From: Nannocystis bainbridge
GTDB taxonomy: Bacteria; Myxococcota_A; Polyangia; Nannocystales; Nannocystaceae
Length of the DNA stretch: 64,000 nt
Direction: 5' to 3'
Assembly: GCF_028368995.1 (NCBI RefSeq)
Contig: NZ_JAQNDL010000003.1
Location: 1,568,001 to 1,632,000, forward strand
How positions within the stretch are numbered: the first letter of the stretch is position 1; every line of letters begins with the position of its first letter. A program made the position numbers and the translations under genes. This document shows, piece after piece, positions 61,137 to 64,000 of the stretch. The notes below the pieces were generated by a model. It worked only from the letters and a program-made list of their open reading frames with translations, made no database searches and had not been told where the DNA came from.

Positions 61137-61769
61137 GTGGCACAGCTCTTTCGTCCATCCGCGGACCGCCGCATCCGCCTGGTCCTGTGGGGCCTCCCGC
61201 TGGGCCTCGGCCTCGCGGGCGGCCTCGGCTACGCCCTCTCGCGCGCCGGCTGGACCACCGGCGTCGGCCGCTCGCCCGCCCAGCCGGTCCCGTTCAGCCA
61301 TGACCACCACGTCGGCGGCCTCGGCCTCGACTGCCGCTATTGCCACGAGTCCGTCGAGATCGCCGCGTTCGCCGGCCTGCCCGCGACCGAGACCTGCATG
61401 CATTGCCACGCCCACCTGTTCGCCGACGCCCCCCTGCTCGCCGCCGTGCGTGACAGTTGGTCCGGCGAGCGACCGATCCGCTGGCGCCGCGTCCACGACC
61501 TGCCCGACTTCGTCTTCTTCGATCACAGCATTCACCTGCACGCCGGCGTCGGCTGCGAGACCTGCCACGGCCGCGTCGACCGCATGCCGCGGATCCACCC
61601 GGTCGCCGACCTCTCGATGCTGTGGTGCATCGATTGCCACCGAGATCCGGCCCCGCACCTGCGCCCGCCCGCCGACGTGTTCGTCATGGGCTGGCGGCCC
61701 GACCCCGCCGACCCGCCCGCCCCGGGCCACGTCGAGGCCCACGTCAGCTGCTCGGAGTGCCATCGATGA
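61137..61769 (+). CDS. actA: Penta-haem cytochrome c, alternative complex III subunit A-like
   Basis: MAQLF start, TM anchor, QPVPFSH, five CxxCH motifs (CRYCH, CMHCH, CETCH, CIDCH, CSECH), LPDFVFFDHS. Confidence 0.88.
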   Translation: MAQLFRPSADRRIRLVLWGLPLGLGLAGGLGYALSRAGWTTGVGRSPAQPVPFSHDHHVGGLGLDCRYCHESVEIAAFAGLPATETCMHCHAHLFADAPLLAAVRDSWSGERPIRWRRVHDLPDFVFFDHSIHLHAGVGCETCHGRVDRMPRIHPVADLSMLWCIDCHRDPAPHLRPPADVFVMGWRPDPADPPAPGHVEAHVSCSECHR

Positions 61770-64000
61770 GCGACGAACTCGGCCGCCGCGCCTTCCTCGA
61801 GCGCATGGCCGCCGGCCTCGCCGCCGCCGGCCTCGGCGGTTGCCTGGGCCGCGATCCGCCCGAGCGCATCGTCCCCTACGCGCGCCAGCCCGAGTACGTC
61901 GTGCCCGGCGTCCCGCTGTTCTTCGCCTCGGCCTTCGTGCGCGACGCCTACGCCCACGGCGTGCTCGTCGAGACCCATGAAGGTCGCCCGACCAAGATCG
62001 AGGGCCACCCCGAGCACCGCGCCAGCCTCGGCGCGACCTGTCCTTTCGGCCAGGCCATGGTCCGCGAGCTGTACGACCCGCGGCGCTCGACCGGCGTGCG
62101 CCGCGGGCCCGAGCCGAGCAGCTGGCCCGCGTTCCTGCGCGCCGCCCGACCGCAGCTCGGCCCCGGCCGGCGCCTCGGCGTGCTCACCGGCCCCACCACC
62201 TCGCGCATGCTCGCGGACGGCCTCGCCCGGCTCGCCGCGCGCAGCCCCGGCCTCCGGTGGTTCGCATGGAGCCCGGTCGGCCGCGACAACCTCCACGCCG
62301 GCCTGCAGCGGCTGCTCGGCGCCCCGCTCGCCTGTCACGCCCGCCTCGATCGCGCCCGCGTGGTCCTCAGCCTCGACGACGACTTCCTGTTCCTCGACCC
62401 CGGCCGCCTGCGCCACGCTCGCGCGCTCGCGCAGCGGCGCCGGGCCGAGCTCGCCTCCGCCGAGGCCCTGCGGCTGTACGCGCTCGAGAGCTTCCCCGGC
62501 CTCACCGGCGCCGCCGCCGATCACCGCCGCGCCGCCCGCGTCCACGACGTGCCCGGCCTCGCCCGCGACGTCCTGCGCGGCGTGCTCGGCGATCCCGTCG
62601 ACGACCCGTGGCTCGCCGCTGCGCTCGCCGACCTCAAGATCGCCGGCGAGACCGGCCTCGTGCTCGCCGGCCCGCACCAGCCGCCGCAGGTCCACGCCAT
62701 GGTCCACGCCACCAACCATGTGCTCGGCGCCGCCGGTCGCACGGTCGTCTACGGCCAGCGGCTCGAGCGGCAGCCCTTCGGCCCCGCGCACTCGCTCGCC
62801 GCGCTCGTCACCGCCATCGCCCGGCGCGAGCTCGACGCCCTGCTCATCCTCGACGAAAACCCCGTGTACACCGCCCCGGCCGCGCTCGGGTTCGCCGACG
62901 CTCTCGCCGAGGTCCCCTTCACCGCCCACCTCGGCCTCTACTGCGACGAGACCGGCGAGCGCTGTCACTGGCACCTCCCGCTCGCCCACCCGCTCGAGGC
63001 CTGGGGCGACGCCGCCAGCGACGAGGGCGAGGTCACCCTGTCGCAGCCGACCATCCGCCCGCTCTACGACGGCCTCACCGCGCCCGAGCTGCTGGCCGCG
63101 CTCGCCGACGACCCCGCGCGCGGGCGCGACCTGCTCGAAAGGACCTATCAAGACACCGTCCCGGCCGCCGCCGACCGCGAATCGTGGTGGCGCGCCGCCA
63201 TCCACGACGGCCGCCTGCCCGCGCCCGCAACCCCCGTCACCACCGCGGTCGCAAGCGACGTCCTCACCACATTTCTCTCGGAACATGTCCCATCGGACAT
63301 ATCTTCCCCCGACCTCGTGCTCGCCTTCCGCCCCGACCCTGCCGCCTGGGACGGCCGGTTCTCGCTCGACCCGTGGCTGCAGGAGCTGCCGCGGCCGATC
63401 ACCCGGCTCATGTGGGGCAACGCCGCCTTCGTCGCCCCCGACACCGCCCGCGCCCTCGGACTCGTGCACGACGCCTGCGTGCGCCTGCGCGTCGGCGACC
63501 GCAGCGTCGACGCCCCCGTCCACGTGCTCGCTGGCCACCCGCCCGACCAGCTCACCGTCCACCTCGGCTACGGTCGTCGCGCCCCCGTCGCCGGCGTCGG
63601 CTTCGACGCCCAGCAGCTGCGCGGCAGCGACGACGCCTGGTCCGTCGCCGTGATCGCCGAGCCGCTCGCGCGCCCCGGCGGCCTCGTCGTCGACCGTCAC
63701 CGCGGCGGCGAAGATCAGCCCGGCGACGCTCACGCCCGCTGGCTGCTGCGCGGCGAGCCCCACCCGCGCCTGCCCTCGCCCGCGCTGCGGCCCGAATCGT
63801 TGCACCCGACCCGGCCGTTCGCCGAGCACGCCTGGGCCATGACCATCGACCTCAACGCCTGCATCGGCTGCAACGCCTGCGTCATCGCCTGTCAGGCCGA
63901 GAACAACATCCCCAGCGTCGGCCCCGTCGAGTCCGCGCGCGACCGGGCCCTGCACTGGATCCGCATCGACACCTACGCCGACGACCGCGGCGACGGCCCG
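61766..64000 (+). CDS. actB: Partial: Tat-exported molybdopterin-oxidoreductase-fold / 4Fe-4S protein, alternative complex III subunit B-like
   Basis: Not in the ORF track because it runs off the end. ATGA overlap; GRRAFLERMAA, RIVPYARQPE, EGRPTKIEGHP, WLQELPRPI; in frame with DLNACIGCNACVIACQAENNIP. Confidence 0.88.
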   Translation, partial: MSDELGRRAFLERMAAGLAAAGLGGCLGRDPPERIVPYARQPEYVVPGVPLFFASAFVRDAYAHGVLVETHEGRPTKIEGHPEHRASLGATCPFGQAMVRELYDPRRSTGVRRGPEPSSWPAFLRAARPQLGPGRRLGVLTGPTTSRMLADGLARLAARSPGLRWFAWSPVGRDNLHAGLQRLLGAPLACHARLDRARVVLSLDDDFLFLDPGRLRHARALAQRRRAELASAEALRLYALESFPGLTGAAADHRRAARVHDVPGLARDVLRGVLGDPVDDPWLAAALADLKIAGETGLVLAGPHQPPQVHAMVHATNHVLGAAGRTVVYGQRLERQPFGPAHSLAALVTAIARRELDALLILDENPVYTAPAALGFADALAEVPFTAHLGLYCDETGERCHWHLPLAHPLEAWGDAASDEGEVTLSQPTIRPLYDGLTAPELLAALADDPARGRDLLERTYQDTVPAAADRESWWRAAIHDGRLPAPATPVTTAVASDVLTTFLSEHVPSDISSPDLVLAFRPDPAAWDGRFSLDPWLQELPRPITRLMWGNAAFVAPDTARALGLVHDACVRLRVGDRSVDAPVHVLAGHPPDQLTVHLGYGRRAPVAGVGFDAQQLRGSDDAWSVAVIAEPLARPGGLVVDRHRGGEDQPGDAHARWLLRGEPHPRLPSPALRPESLHPTRPFAEHAWAMTIDLNACIGCNACVIACQAENNIPSVGPVESARDRALHWIRIDTYADDRGDGP

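Overview
Very GC-rich, gene-dense bacterial DNA with myxobacterial hallmarks: Thr/Gly-rich lipoproteins, Ser/Thr kinase-TPR/PEGA-FGE genes, a PAS-STAS protein and a DUF2169/DUF4150/TIGR02270/VgrG module. A Nannocystis-like host is my inference. From left to right: (1) a heavy-metal efflux locus under a MerR-type 19-bp-spacer promoter; (2) a lipid/isoprenoid catabolic region of about 20 kb, with fadB/fadA and an ACAD/phosphotransferase pair plus a minus-strand operon headed by a RoxA-type rubber oxygenase (then three acyl-CoA dehydrogenases, an alcohol dehydrogenase, DUF4334, a CoA ligase and an aldehyde dehydrogenase), interrupted by an AT-richer two-gene putative defence cassette; (3) a kinase cluster; (4) a T6SS-type toxin/immunity module; (5) a His-Xaa-Ser radical SAM operon whose precursor carries a PEGA-like domain and is coupled to a Zn-finger membrane protein; (6) a TetR gene and a second RoxA-like di-haem lipoprotein; (7) sodC, hemerythrin and Rieske oxidoreductase genes and the start of an alternative complex III operon. 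The strongest non-obvious signal is an identical 24-bp palindromic operator overlapping sigma70-like promoters of both the roxA operon (25162) and the tetR/roxA-like locus (51254), suggesting a TetR-controlled polyisoprenoid-degradation regulon. A dispersed family of 14-bp-period CATG arrays also recurs at four sites. All family assignments come from motif recognition and memory, not from database searches.
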